Origin: Clostridia bacterium | Lineage (GTDB): Bacteria > Bacillota > Clostridia > Christensenellales > UBA1242 | Assembly (NCBI GenBank): GCA_017444785.1 | Contig: JAFSVX010000025.1 | Location: 1-51,721 of the forward strand | DNA: 51,721 nucleotides | Direction of reading: 5' to 3' | Part shown: positions 30,038-38,512 of the stretch, in pieces | Position numbering within the stretch: the stretch's first letter is position 1 | How the letters are laid out: every line of letters starts with the position of its first letter | Notes under the pieces: generated by a model | What the model was told of the DNA's origin: nothing | The model's database searches: none | The model's input: only the letters and a program-made list of their open reading frames with translations | Translations under genes and position numbers: made by a program

Positions 30038-31211
30038 GTTTGATTTCTCCTTTTTTAAGTTTGTCCCAAACCGGGCTGATGCTTCGTAAATATTCAACAA
30101 CTTCTGGCACTGCTTTTATTGTCTCATCTATTTCTTTTTCGGTTGTATATTTTGAAAGGGTAAGACGCAGGCTTCCGTGTGCAATTTCGTGTGGAAGGCC
30201 TATTGCAAGTAAAACATGGCTTGGATCAAGTGATCCGCTTGTGCATGCAGATCCACTTGATGCGCAAATTCCTTTGTCATCAAGAAGAAGCAGTAAGCTT
30301 TCACCCTCGATACCTTCAAAGCTCATGTTAAAATTGTTTGGAAGTCGATTTATAACATCTCCGTTAATTTTTGAGTGCGGAATTTTTGAAAGATTAGTGA
30401 ACAATTTATCGCGAAGTTTACTCTCTTTTTCTGCGACCCATTTCATTTCATTAACTGCATCTTCAAGTGCAACTGAAAGACCAATGATTCCTGCAAGATT
30501 TTCTGTTCCTGCACGTTTGTTTCTTTCTTGTCCACCACCATTTATAAAAGAAAACAATGGGGTAGACTTATTGCAGTAAAGTACTCCAACCCCTTTGGGA
30601 GCATGGAATTTGTGACCAGAAATGGACATCATGTCAATGTTTTGATCTTTCACATTGATTGAAACATGGCTGGCGGCTTGAACAGCGTCTGTATGAAATG
30701 GAATGTGTGCATTTTTGCAAATTTCACCAATTTCTTTTATTGGCTGAATTGTTCCGATCTCATTGTTGGCATACATTATTGTGACAAGACATGTGTCTTC
30801 ACGAATTGCATTTTCCAAATCTTTAACTTTTATAATACCATTTTCATAAACGGGAAGATAGGTCACTTCAAAACCTTGCTTTTCTTTTTCTTTGAGTGTG
30901 TTAAGGATTGCGTGATGTTCAAAGGCGGAAGTTATAATATGTTTTTTGCCTTTGATTAAACCATATTTGCAAGCGCTTTCAATTGCCCAGTTGTCACTTT
31001 CAGATCCGCCAGATGTGAAGTATATTTCTTTAGGCTCTGCTCCAATACACCTTGCAACAGCTTCGCGAGCGCTCTCCAATTTTTCTTTTGCAATTTGACC
31101 GGCAGTGTGAAGAGAGCTTGCATTGCCATAGATTTCATCAAAATAGGGAAGCATTGCATTTTTTACTTTTTCAGAAACGAGAGTTGTTCCCGCATTGTCA
31201 AGATATATCAT
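30027..31211 (-). CDS. nifS: Cysteine desulfurase NifS
   Basis: PLP-lysine motif SISGHKFHAPKG and active-site loop SSGSACTS. AAGGAG RBS. Confidence 0.9.
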   Translation of the reverse strand: MIYLDNAGTTLVSEKVKNAMLPYFDEIYGNASSLHTAGQIAKEKLESAREAVARCIGAEPKEIYFTSGGSESDNWAIESACKYGLIKGKKHIITSAFEHHAILNTLKEKEKQGFEVTYLPVYENGIIKVKDLENAIREDTCLVTIMYANNEIGTIQPIKEIGEICKNAHIPFHTDAVQAASHVSINVKDQNIDMMSISGHKFHAPKGVGVLYCNKSTPLFSFINGGGQERNKRAGTENLAGIIGLSVALEDAVNEMKWVAEKESKLRDKLFTNLSKIPHSKINGDVINRLPNNFNMSFEGIEGESLLLLLDDKGICASSGSACTSGSLDPSHVLLAIGLPHEIAHGSLRLTLSKYTTEKEIDETIKAVPEVVEYLRSISPVWDKLKKGEIKHVI

Positions 31212-31307
31212 AAAAACTCCTTAAATTATTAAATCATATCAACATTATAGTAATAACCGCAAACAAAATAATAAACATTCTATATCCTACTAAAACGGTA
31301 TGATATA

Positions 31308-31336
31308 ATTATAATAAATAAAGGTGTTTATGTCAA
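31308..31336 (-). promoter_or_regulatory. Consensus sigmaA promoter of nifSU embedded in a hairpin
   Basis: On the minus strand: TTGACA, 17-nt spacer, TATAAT. The -35 box sits in the loop of the inverted repeat AAGGTGTT/AACACCTT (31322-31341). Confidence 0.6.
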
Positions 31337-31342
31337 CACCTT

Positions 31343-31747
31343 TTAATAAGTTTTATCAATAATATTTTGAATAGTAATTTTTTTAAGATTGTCAATAATC
31401 ATCTTTTGCAGAGTATCCCAATAGCCAATACTTGTGCATTTATCTTTCATCACACATTTTTGTGATGAATTTTGGCAGGGTGCAAGGGTTGGTGTGTCGC
31501 CAGTCAGCAAAAGAATATCGTAAACAGAATAGTCTTTTGGTTGTCTTGTCAGCTTATAGCCGCCATTTGAGCCTTTCAAACTTTCAACAAGCTTACCTTT
31601 GACCAAAATATTCATAATTTTTTCAAGATATTTCACTGAAATATTTTGTCTTTCAGCCATTTCAGTAATACTGGTATATTCGCTTTTTGATGTTGCTAAA
31701 TCTGTTAAAATTCTAACAGCATAGCGCCCTTTTGATGATATGTGCAT
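31343..31747 (-). CDS. Rrf2-family transcriptional regulator (IscR/CymR-like)
   Basis: MHISSKGRYAVRILTDLA wHTH N-terminus and a C-terminal Cys cluster (CQNSSQKCVMKDKC). The start is set at 31747 because the longer track ORF runs through the nrdG terminator. Confidence 0.85.
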   Translation of the reverse strand: MHISSKGRYAVRILTDLATSKSEYTSITEMAERQNISVKYLEKIMNILVKGKLVESLKGSNGGYKLTRQPKDYSVYDILLLTGDTPTLAPCQNSSQKCVMKDKCTSIGYWDTLQKMIIDNLKKITIQNIIDKTY

Positions 31748-31811
31748 AGTTGCCTCCAACACATATATTATATCACAATATTTTCTTTTTTGCATTAATA
31801 AAGAATAAATT

Positions 31812-31848
31812 TCAAAAACAAAAAAGTCTGCAAGCATTTGCAGACTTT
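31812..31848 (-). terminator. Terminator of the nrdD-trxB-nrdG operon
   Basis: 11-bp stem AAAGTCTGCAA/TTGCAGACTTT with loop GCAT, followed on the minus strand by TTTGTTTTTG. Confidence 0.8.
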
Positions 31849-31870
31849 AAAATGTATTAAATTTAAATTA

Positions 31871-32557
31871 TTAATAACCTCTTAAAAGGACATTGTCTAT
31901 TGTTTTACTGAGTATGCCGGCGAAGTAAACTGCGGTCATCTTGTCAACTTCGGTAAGGCCATGCTCGAAACAGGTGTCGGTGTCAACAAACTTTTGAAGA
32001 TACAAAACATGTTCACCAGCAAGGTCTTTTGCGAGCTTTTCCATATTTTCTTCTTTATGAAATTCATTGACTATGGTTGTGCGAAGTTCATAAGGAACAT
32101 TGTGCTTGTGCAAAATATCTAGTGATTTTTTGATGTTTTCAATATTGATATCTTTTATTCCAGTGATCTTGCCATAGTCCTCAAAATTGTTTTTGATGTC
32201 CATTGCGATATAGTCCACATTTCCACTTTCAAGAAGGCGTTTAAGCATGAATGGGTTGGAGCCATTTGTATCAAGCTTGACAAGGTATCCAAGCGATTTT
32301 ATCTTTGCAATAAACTCTTCAAGGTCGCTCTGAAGGGTTGGCTCGCCACCGCTGACAACAACCGCATCAATAAGTTTTTTTCTGCTTTCAAGATAGGCAA
32401 AAAACTCATCGATATCAAGCACATTATATTCCTGTTTGACTATGCCAGAGTTGTGGCAAAATGGACAACGGAAATTACAACCGCCGGTAAATACGGTTGT
32501 GGCAATCTTGTTTGGATAGTCCACCATTGAAACTTTTTCAATTCCAAGTATTTGCAT
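31871..32557 (-). CDS. nrdG: Anaerobic ribonucleotide reductase activating radical-SAM protein
   Basis: CNFRCPFCHN radical-SAM cluster motif and GGEPTL, 228 aa, in the nrdD operon. Confidence 0.9.
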   Translation of the reverse strand: MQILGIEKVSMVDYPNKIATTVFTGGCNFRCPFCHNSGIVKQEYNVLDIDEFFAYLESRKKLIDAVVVSGGEPTLQSDLEEFIAKIKSLGYLVKLDTNGSNPFMLKRLLESGNVDYIAMDIKNNFEDYGKITGIKDINIENIKKSLDILHKHNVPYELRTTIVNEFHKEENMEKLAKDLAGEHVLYLQKFVDTDTCFEHGLTEVDKMTAVYFAGILSKTIDNVLLRGY

Positions 32558-32559
32558 TT

Positions 32560-33474
32560 TTATTTCTCCATGCTGTCAATATATCTGCAAGCGGCCACCG
32601 CAGCTACGGCTCCGTCTGCAATTGCTGTTGTCACTTGGCGAACTTGTTTAACCCTGCAATCGCCAGCAACAAACAATCCGTCAGTTTTTGTTGTGCATTT
32701 TTCGTCAGAGATTAGATAGCCAGCCTTGTCAAGATCGGCAAGCTCAGAAAATGCTTTATTGTCAGGAACTTGACCAATTGCAACAAATACTGCATTTGTT
32801 TTATAAACCACCTCTTCGCCGGTGTTTTTATCCCTGAAAAGCACACTGTCCAGTTTATCTTCACCCACAAATTTGATTGCTTCCATGTTGAAACGAATGT
32901 TTATGTTTTCAGTCTTTTTCACTGCATCTTGTAAACTCTTTTCACCAAAGAGATGATCAAAAAGTGCAATCATATGAACTTTTGTGCAGTATCCTGAAAG
33001 CATAAGTGCATATTGCATAGCGCTGTTGGCGTCACCAATCAAAACAACCTCTTGGCCGGCGAAAAATGGGCCATCACAGATTGCACAATAATAAACGCCT
33101 TTGCCAAGTAATTTCTCTTCATTTTCAATGCCAAGCATTCTTGGTTTGCTTCCTGTGGCAACAATAACAGATTTTCCCTCAAAAGTGTTATAATCGCAGG
33201 TCACTTTGAAAATGTTGTTTTGTTTTGTTACTGACTTGACTTCGTCAAGTTCAAACTCTACGCCAAGTGCCATTATCTGATCGAAAAGTTGATCGGCAAG
33301 CTCGGTGCCTGAAATTTGCTTGATTGTTGGATAGTTCTCCACTTTTGGAGACTTGGCTATTTGTCCGCCGACTGCCTCTTTTTCAATAACTAAAACTGAT
33401 TTATTATTTCTTAAACAGTAGAGGGCAGATGTCATTCCTGCCATTCCGCCCCCTATGATAATTACGTCAAACAT
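32560..33474 (-). CDS. trxB: Thioredoxin-disulfide reductase-like flavoprotein
   Basis: FAD motif IIIGGGMAGMT, redox-active CAICDG, NAD(P)H motif VLIGDANSA, 304 aa. Confidence 0.85.
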   Translation of the reverse strand: MFDVIIIGGGMAGMTSALYCLRNNKSVLVIEKEAVGGQIAKSPKVENYPTIKQISGTELADQLFDQIMALGVEFELDEVKSVTKQNNIFKVTCDYNTFEGKSVIVATGSKPRMLGIENEEKLLGKGVYYCAICDGPFFAGQEVVLIGDANSAMQYALMLSGYCTKVHMIALFDHLFGEKSLQDAVKKTENINIRFNMEAIKFVGEDKLDSVLFRDKNTGEEVVYKTNAVFVAIGQVPDNKAFSELADLDKAGYLISDEKCTTKTDGLFVAGDCRVKQVRQVTTAIADGAVAAVAACRYIDSMEK

Positions 33475-33482
33475 ATTTGCTC

Positions 33483-35846
33483 CTATTTTGCTTCAACGAA
33501 TTTTTTGATGTCTGAAACGTTTTCAAGTTTCATTTTCTCACCATTAACATTAACGAACATTGTTGGTGCTTTGACAACGCCATATTTCTTTGTAAGATCA
33601 GCGTTTTCGTTTGCGTCAATGATTTCAACATCAATGCCTGCTTTTGAAAGAAGCATTTTTGCCATCTTACAATTTGGGCAAGTCTTTGTTGTGAAAAGAA
33701 TTGGACGATCAACATTCACATCTGTCTCTTCAAGGTCGGTGTTTGAGTGGCACGCGCAACCAGAGTGAGTGAGGTGAGAGTTTGCAATGTCATATTCTTT
33801 TCGTTGCTTAAACTCTTGTGTTTTACCGTCGTTCCAGTTTGCGATTGGACGATAGTATCCAGTGATTCTGCTGTAAACCTCGGTTGTCTTTCCGCAGTCT
33901 GGGCAGATATATTTTTCACCCTCAATATAGCCGTGAGTTGTGCAGATTGAGTATGTTGGGCTCATTGTATAGTATGGAAGACGGTAGTTCTCAGCAATTT
34001 TTCTTACAAGGTTCATTGTAACTTTCCAGTCATCAAGTTTTTGTCCAAGGAATGCATGGAAAACTGTTCCTGATGTGTAAAGTGTTTGCAACTCGTCCTG
34101 AATGTCAAGAGCTTTAAATATATCATCAGTATAGCCAACTGGAAGGTGGCTTGAGTTTGTATAGAATGGAGTGTCGTTGGTTGATGCTGTGATGATGTCT
34201 GGATAGCGTTTCTTGTCGTGTTTTGCAAGGCGATAAGATGTTGACTCTGCAGGGGTTGCTTCAAGGTTGTAAAGGTCACCATACATCTCTTGATAGTCAG
34301 AAAGTTTGTTTCTCATAAAGTTAAGAACTTTCTTTGTGAACTCTTGAGCTTCTTTGTTTGTCATGTCTTTTTGGATCCATTTTGCGTTAAGACAAGCCTC
34401 GTTCATACCAACAAGACCAATAGTAGAGAAGTGGTTGTTGAATGTTCCAAGATATCTCTTTGTGTATGGATAAAGTCCAGCTTCAAGAAGTTTTGTGATG
34501 GTCTCACGCTTAACTTTAAGGCTTCTTGCAGAAATGTCCATCATCTTTGTAAGTCTGTCAAAGAATTCATCTTCAGTTTGTGAAAGATATGCAATTCTTG
34601 GCATGTTGATTGTTACAACACCCACACTACCGGTGCTTTCGCCTGAGCCGAAGAAACCACCAGATTTTTTACGGAGCTCACGAAGGTCAAGACGAAGTCT
34701 GCAACACATGCTTCGAACATCACTTGGCTCCATGTCAGAGTTAATATAGTTTGAAAAGTATGGCGTTCCATATTTTGTGGTCATTTCGAACAATAATTTG
34801 TTGTTCTCGGTTTCAGACCAGTCAAAATTTCTTGTGATTGAATATGTTGGGATAGGGTATTGGAATCCACGGCCGTTAGCATCACCTTCAATCATGATTT
34901 CGATGAAGGCTTTGTTGACCATAGCCATCTCTTTTTCGCAATCTTTATATTTAAAGTCTTGCTCTTTTCCGCCAACTATACAGTTAAGTTCTGCAAGGTC
35001 GGCAGGAACTACCCAGTCAAGAGTGATGTTTGTGAATGGCGCTTGAGTTCCCCAACGTGATGGAGTATTGACACCATAAACAAATGATTGAATACACTGT
35101 TTAACCTCTTTATAAGAAAGGTTATCTTTCTTTACAAATGGAGCAAGGTAGGTATCAAATGAAGAGAAAGCTTGAGCTCCTGCCCATTCATTTTGCATGA
35201 TACCAAGGAAGTTTACCATTTGGTTGCAAAGGGTTGAAAGGTGAGATGCTGGAGAACTTGTAATTTTTCCAGGAACACCACCAAGGCCTTCTTGTATAAG
35301 TTGTTTAAGGGACCAGCCGGCACAATATCCGGTAAGCATGCTTAAATCGTGAATGTGAATGTCTGCGTTCTTGTGAGCTTGGCCAATCTCAGTGTCATAA
35401 ACATCATTCAGCCAATAGTTTGCAGTTATTGCGCCAGAGTTGGAAAGAATAAGTCCACCGACAGAGTAGGTTACAGTAGAGTTCTCTTTAACACGCCAGT
35501 CAGCAATCTTAAGGTATTTTTCAACAGTATCCTTATAGTCGAAAAGTGTGCCTTTGATATTTCTGAGTTTCTCATGGTCGCGGCGATACAAAATGTATGC
35601 TTTTGCAACATCTTCATAGCCGTTTTTCATCAAAACGCTTTCAACAGTGTCTTGGACATCTTCCACACTTGGGATTTTGTCTGTGAACTTTTCTGTCAAA
35701 TAAAGTTCTGTGATTTTTGCCATTTTCTTGACATCTTTAATCTCACCATAGCCAAGGCTGAGCATAGCTTTTGTTATGGCATTTTCAATCTTTGAAATGT
35801 CGTAATCAACAATTCTTCCGTCTCTTTTAATAATAGATTTGATCAT
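33483..35846 (-). CDS. nrdD: Anaerobic (class III) ribonucleoside-triphosphate reductase with C-terminal thioredoxin-like domain
   Basis: ATP-cone N-terminus (IIKRDGRIVDYD), glycyl-radical motif SRITGYYRP and a Zn site CPDC. An extra ~100 aa ends in a Trx-fold ILFTTKTCPNCKMAK. The start is at 35846 (MIKSIIKRDG) with an AAGGAGA RBS. Confidence 0.95.
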   Translation of the reverse strand: MIKSIIKRDGRIVDYDISKIENAITKAMLSLGYGEIKDVKKMAKITELYLTEKFTDKIPSVEDVQDTVESVLMKNGYEDVAKAYILYRRDHEKLRNIKGTLFDYKDTVEKYLKIADWRVKENSTVTYSVGGLILSNSGAITANYWLNDVYDTEIGQAHKNADIHIHDLSMLTGYCAGWSLKQLIQEGLGGVPGKITSSPASHLSTLCNQMVNFLGIMQNEWAGAQAFSSFDTYLAPFVKKDNLSYKEVKQCIQSFVYGVNTPSRWGTQAPFTNITLDWVVPADLAELNCIVGGKEQDFKYKDCEKEMAMVNKAFIEIMIEGDANGRGFQYPIPTYSITRNFDWSETENNKLLFEMTTKYGTPYFSNYINSDMEPSDVRSMCCRLRLDLRELRKKSGGFFGSGESTGSVGVVTINMPRIAYLSQTEDEFFDRLTKMMDISARSLKVKRETITKLLEAGLYPYTKRYLGTFNNHFSTIGLVGMNEACLNAKWIQKDMTNKEAQEFTKKVLNFMRNKLSDYQEMYGDLYNLEATPAESTSYRLAKHDKKRYPDIITASTNDTPFYTNSSHLPVGYTDDIFKALDIQDELQTLYTSGTVFHAFLGQKLDDWKVTMNLVRKIAENYRLPYYTMSPTYSICTTHGYIEGEKYICPDCGKTTEVYSRITGYYRPIANWNDGKTQEFKQRKEYDIANSHLTHSGCACHSNTDLEETDVNVDRPILFTTKTCPNCKMAKMLLSKAGIDVEIIDANENADLTKKYGVVKAPTMFVNVNGEKMKLENVSDIKKFVEAK

Positions 35847-35874
35847 AGTTGGTCTCCTTAGTATTTTGATTTGA

Positions 35875-35923
35875 ATACAATATATTGTGGTTGATTTTTC
35901 ACTACTACCCCAACAGATTGTGT
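35875..35923 (-). promoter_or_regulatory. Two candidate NrdR boxes upstream of nrdD
   Basis: On the minus strand: CCACAATATATTGTAT (35875-35890) and ACACAATCTGTTGGGG (35908-35923), compared with the consensus ACACAATATATTGTGT. Centres are 33 bp apart. The second box is weak. Confidence 0.4.
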
Positions 35924-36130
35924 TTTTAATATATACCTTCAAAAATCATTTGTCAAACAATTTTTCAAAAAAAATAAAAAAATTTTTAATTTGTACAAGT
36001 TGCACAAACTTAAAAAAGTTGTAAAAAATATTTGGTCAAAAATGGTAAAAAGCAAAAACAGTAAATAGTTGTTTAATTTGATAGAAATTTTACATTTTGT
36101 CGAATTTTTGAAATAAATAATTTTGTAAAT

Positions 36131-36189
36131 GATTTTAATTTGTTTCCGAAGCGATTTTAATTTGTTTTTAAACTGATTTTAATTTTAGT
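36131..36189 (+). repeat. Three direct repeats GATTTTAATTT(G/T) with 22-bp period
   Basis: GATTTTAATTTGTTT at 36131 and 36153, and GATTTTAATTTTAGT at 36175. Confidence 0.8.
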
Positions 36190-36462
36190 CAATATTTAAT
36201 AAAATTTTGTGTAAAATTTTTAATGAAATAATAATAGAATAATAACAAAATGTAGAGTTGTAAACAATATTATATATATGCTATATTAAAATTATATGAC
36301 TAGATATAATCACTAAAAGAATTTTTAGCAATTCAAATTGAAATAATTTTAAGATAATTTAAAATAATAAAATAATAAAATGATAAAATAAAGATGCAAG
36401 CATCTCTTTTCAGTTTTCTGAAAAAATATTAAAATATTTAGAATAATAAAAAAGACTAACGA

Positions 36463-36491
36463 TTGACAAAAATGAAGCAATGTGTTATTAT
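36463..36491 (+). promoter_or_regulatory. Near-consensus sigmaA promoter facing tRNA fragment 1
   Basis: TTGACA (36463-36468), 17-nt spacer, TATTAT (36486-36491), preceded by TGT (extended -10). Confidence 0.6.
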
Positions 36492-36547
36492 TTACTCGTT
36501 TCCTAACGCATGACATAATATGTAAGCAAGAAGGAATTTGACGCCAT

Positions 36548-36587
36548 GCAGGGTTGGCGTAATTGTATAACGCAATCGCCTCCTAAG
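36548..36587 (+). pseudogene. Truncated tRNA-Arg(CCU) 5' half, copy 1 (degenerate D-loop)
   Basis: GCAGGGT-TG-GCGT-AATTGTATA-ACGC-A-ATCGC-CTCCTAA-G. The following GACCT cannot pair with ATCGC and there is no T-arm. The D-loop lacks GG. Confidence 0.6.
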
Positions 36588-36612
36588 ACCTAACCCGACC
36601 AAAGTGAGAAAC

Positions 36613-36652
36613 CCCGTAAAGTGCTGTATTTATCGGCATTTTAGCGGTTTTG
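36613..36652 (+). terminator. Hairpin plus T-run after tRNA fragment 1
   Basis: ~13-bp bulged stem CCGTAAAGTGCTG / CGGCATTTTAGCGG followed by TTTTG. Confidence 0.45.
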
Positions 36653-36722
36653 AAAATTTAGCAAAACAAAAAAGTGTTACCAAATCTGTACATTGTTCCA
36701 ATTTTACATTACCTGCAAAATA

Positions 36723-36751
36723 TTGCATTTCAATACATTTCGTGCTAAAAT
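36723..36751 (+). promoter_or_regulatory. sigmaA promoter facing tRNA fragment 2
   Basis: TTGCAT, 17-nt spacer, TAAAAT, with a TGC extended -10. The -10 box ends 19 nt before the fragment. Confidence 0.55.
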
Positions 36752-36770
36752 TTGCACCAAATGACAATAT

Positions 36771-36810
36771 GTCTCAGTAGCTCAGCTGGATAGAGCACCT
36801 CCCTCCTAAG
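36771..36810 (+). pseudogene. Truncated tRNA-Arg(CCU) 5' half, copy 2
   Basis: GTCTCAG-TA-GCTC-AGCTGGATA-GAGC-A-CCTCC-CTCCTAA-G has canonical 5'-half geometry. The following TATCG cannot pair with CCTCC and there is no T-arm. Confidence 0.8.
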
Positions 36811-36890
36811 TATCGACTTGGACAAAATTAAAACCTCTAAACACCCCTAAAATACTGACAATTTGCAAGTAATCCAAACTCACACAAAAC

Positions 36891-36912
36891 CAAAGTTCAC
36901 CAAAAGTTCACC
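36891..36912 (+). repeat. Tandem 11-bp direct repeat (C/A)AAAGTTCACC x2
   Basis: CAAAGTTCACC at 36891-36901 and AAAAGTTCACC at 36902-36912, 25 nt upstream of tRNA fragment 3. Confidence 0.8.
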
Positions 36913-36936
36913 CAACGCCAATAAAGATCTTAATAT

Positions 36937-36976
<40 letters not shown>

Positions 36977-37007
36977 GGACTGACGATTTCTCTTTTTTAT
37001 GGGATAT

Positions 37008-37060
37008 AAAAAGTGCCGAAAAGCCCGATTTTATGGGCATTTCAGCACTTTTTCTTTTTC
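37008..37060. terminator. Bidirectional hairpin terminator at the ICE end
   Basis: 15-nt arms AGTGCCGAAAAGCCC / GGGCATTTCAGCACT (13 of 15 positions paired), flanked by AAAA and TTTTTCTTTTT. It lies downstream of the integrase on the minus strand. Confidence 0.65.
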
Positions 37061-37085
37061 CCTGATTTTTGTTAAATCGCACTTT

Positions 37086-37107
37086 TTCCTACGAATTTCC
37101 TACGAAT
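37086..37107 (+). repeat. Tandem 11-bp direct repeat TTCCTACGAAT x2
   Basis: Exact duplication at 37086-37096 and 37097-37107, 8 nt from the integrase stop. Candidate arm-type recombinase site. Confidence 0.8.
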
Positions 37108-37114
37108 TTTATTT

Positions 37115-38512
37115 TTACATTTCTTCATCTAATTTGTTCTTCATTTTCTCACGCCATCTTAAGAATGCTTGATATTCCTCAAAGTCGGCATCAAAGGTGC
37201 TTTCTTTTGCTTCTTCCTTTGGCATTGTTGGAACAACTTTTGATGTAAAATCTTCCGTTATTTCTCGCTTGTTTTTATAAGGATCATGCTCAGATTTAAC
37301 GAAGTTATTTTCACTGTTTTCTGCAAGTTCTCGCTCGTTCTTATCTGCATAAACACCATTGAGTGCGTTGGCGATATTTTGAGCACTTTCAATCTTGCTA
37401 GAAAAGTCAAGGTGGGAATAAATATTTGCAGTAGTGCTGAAGTCAGCATGACCAAGCCATTCTTGTATTTGCTTCATGTGTATTCCGGTAGATAAAAGCA
37501 AACTTGCACAACTATGTCTTAGATCATGAAACCTGATATTTTTTAGATTGTATTTTCTGCAGACCAAATGGAATTGATGTGTTAAATTGTCAGGATACAT
37601 AATTTTGCCGAGTTCATCGACAATTATATAATCTTTGTAAGTGTTGTCATACTTGCTACCATAATATTGCTTATTTAGTTTGATTTGCTCCTTTTTAAGG
37701 ATCAAATCTTTTTCTATTTCAGGTATAAGTGGCAGTGTTCTGAAACTGCTTTCGGTTTTAAGTTTATCTTCACACCATATCTTTCTTCTGCAAATAGTAA
37801 CTTTGTGTTTGATTGTGATTGTTTTTCTGTTGAAATCAATCGCATCCCATTTAAGTCCAATAATTTCGCTTCGTCTAAATCCATAATAACAAGCAAGTTT
37901 AAATGCCAGCTCATTCTTATGTCCTTTAATGCATTGCAAAAACTTTTCCATTTCTTGTTTATCGAAGTATCTTATTGGAGGTTTACTTTCTCTAAAATTT
38001 GGCACTTGTTGAGTGATGTCCTTGCTCAAAATGTCTAATTGATAAGCATTTCTAAGTGCTGGATGTATTATATTTGCGACCTTTTTAATGGTTGAATCTT
38101 TACACCCTTGACTTCGTTTATAATTGTAATAACTAATTAAATCTTGTGCTTTTATATCAATTAGTTTTTTATCCTTAAATAAAGGATATTTTCGCAATTC
38201 TTCAACTCGTCTGCAATAGTTCCAAAATACATTTACACTTAGTGAATTTTCTCTTGAATTTACATAGTCCTGAATCCAGTCTGTAAAGAGAATATTCATG
38301 TATTGTTTTTTGTCAGGTGTTATTGAGTAAAAGTTTGCATATTTGATATTGTATTCTTGGATAATCCTTTGCAATTCTTTGTTTGCTTTTGCTTTGGTTA
38401 TCTCTTTTACATCTCCAATTTGCACCCATTTGGTTTTGTATTTTTTATCAATAGACGGAAGATTTAAAATTGCGTAGTATTTATCGTCTTTGATGGTTAT
38501 TCTACCTGTCAC
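37115..38512 (-). CDS. int: Tyrosine site-specific integrase with ~95-aa C-terminal extension
   Basis: Catalytic signature GFRRSEI (R), HDLRHSCASLLL (H-x-x-R) and GHADFSTTANIYSH (H...Y). The tail after the catalytic Tyr ends KMKNKLDEEM. Confidence 0.9.
   Translation of the reverse strand: MTGRITIKDDKYYAILNLPSIDKKYKTKWVQIGDVKEITKAKANKELQRIIQEYNIKYANFYSITPDKKQYMNILFTDWIQDYVNSRENSLSVNVFWNYCRRVEELRKYPLFKDKKLIDIKAQDLISYYNYKRSQGCKDSTIKKVANIIHPALRNAYQLDILSKDITQQVPNFRESKPPIRYFDKQEMEKFLQCIKGHKNELAFKLACYYGFRRSEIIGLKWDAIDFNRKTITIKHKVTICRRKIWCEDKLKTESSFRTLPLIPEIEKDLILKKEQIKLNKQYYGSKYDNTYKDYIIVDELGKIMYPDNLTHQFHLVCRKYNLKNIRFHDLRHSCASLLLSTGIHMKQIQEWLGHADFSTTANIYSHLDFSSKIESAQNIANALNGVYADKNERELAENSENNFVKSEHDPYKNKREITEDFTSKVVPTMPKEEAKESTFDADFEEYQAFLRWREKMKNKLDEEM

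Noticed and set aside
30040-30579. 179-aa plus-strand ORF inside nifS, and similar ORFs at 29739..30089 and 30666..30959
   Set aside because: Shadow ORFs opposite well-supported nifS and nifU coding frames.
35349-35795. 148-aa plus-strand ORF and several 60-97-aa ORFs inside nrdD
   Set aside because: They lie opposite a gene with ATP-cone and glycyl-radical motifs and have a low-complexity, Cys/Phe-rich composition typical of antisense frames.
35847-35942. N-terminal extensions of track ORFs: nrdD to 35942, Rrf2 to 31837, DUF1846 to 29370, nifU to 30100, ychF to 13284, ABC to 17789, and 41074..41526
   Set aside because: Internal ATGs with good RBSs match the conserved protein N-termini. The extensions run through terminators or promoters, or start at TTG or GTG codons without an RBS.
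36546-36593. 15-aa ORF MQGWRNCITQSPPKT with an AGAAGGAA upstream, overlapping tRNA fragment 1
   Set aside because: It is very short and entirely explained by the tRNA-derived sequence, with no supporting evidence. It is mentioned only as a possibility if the unit proves to be transcribed.
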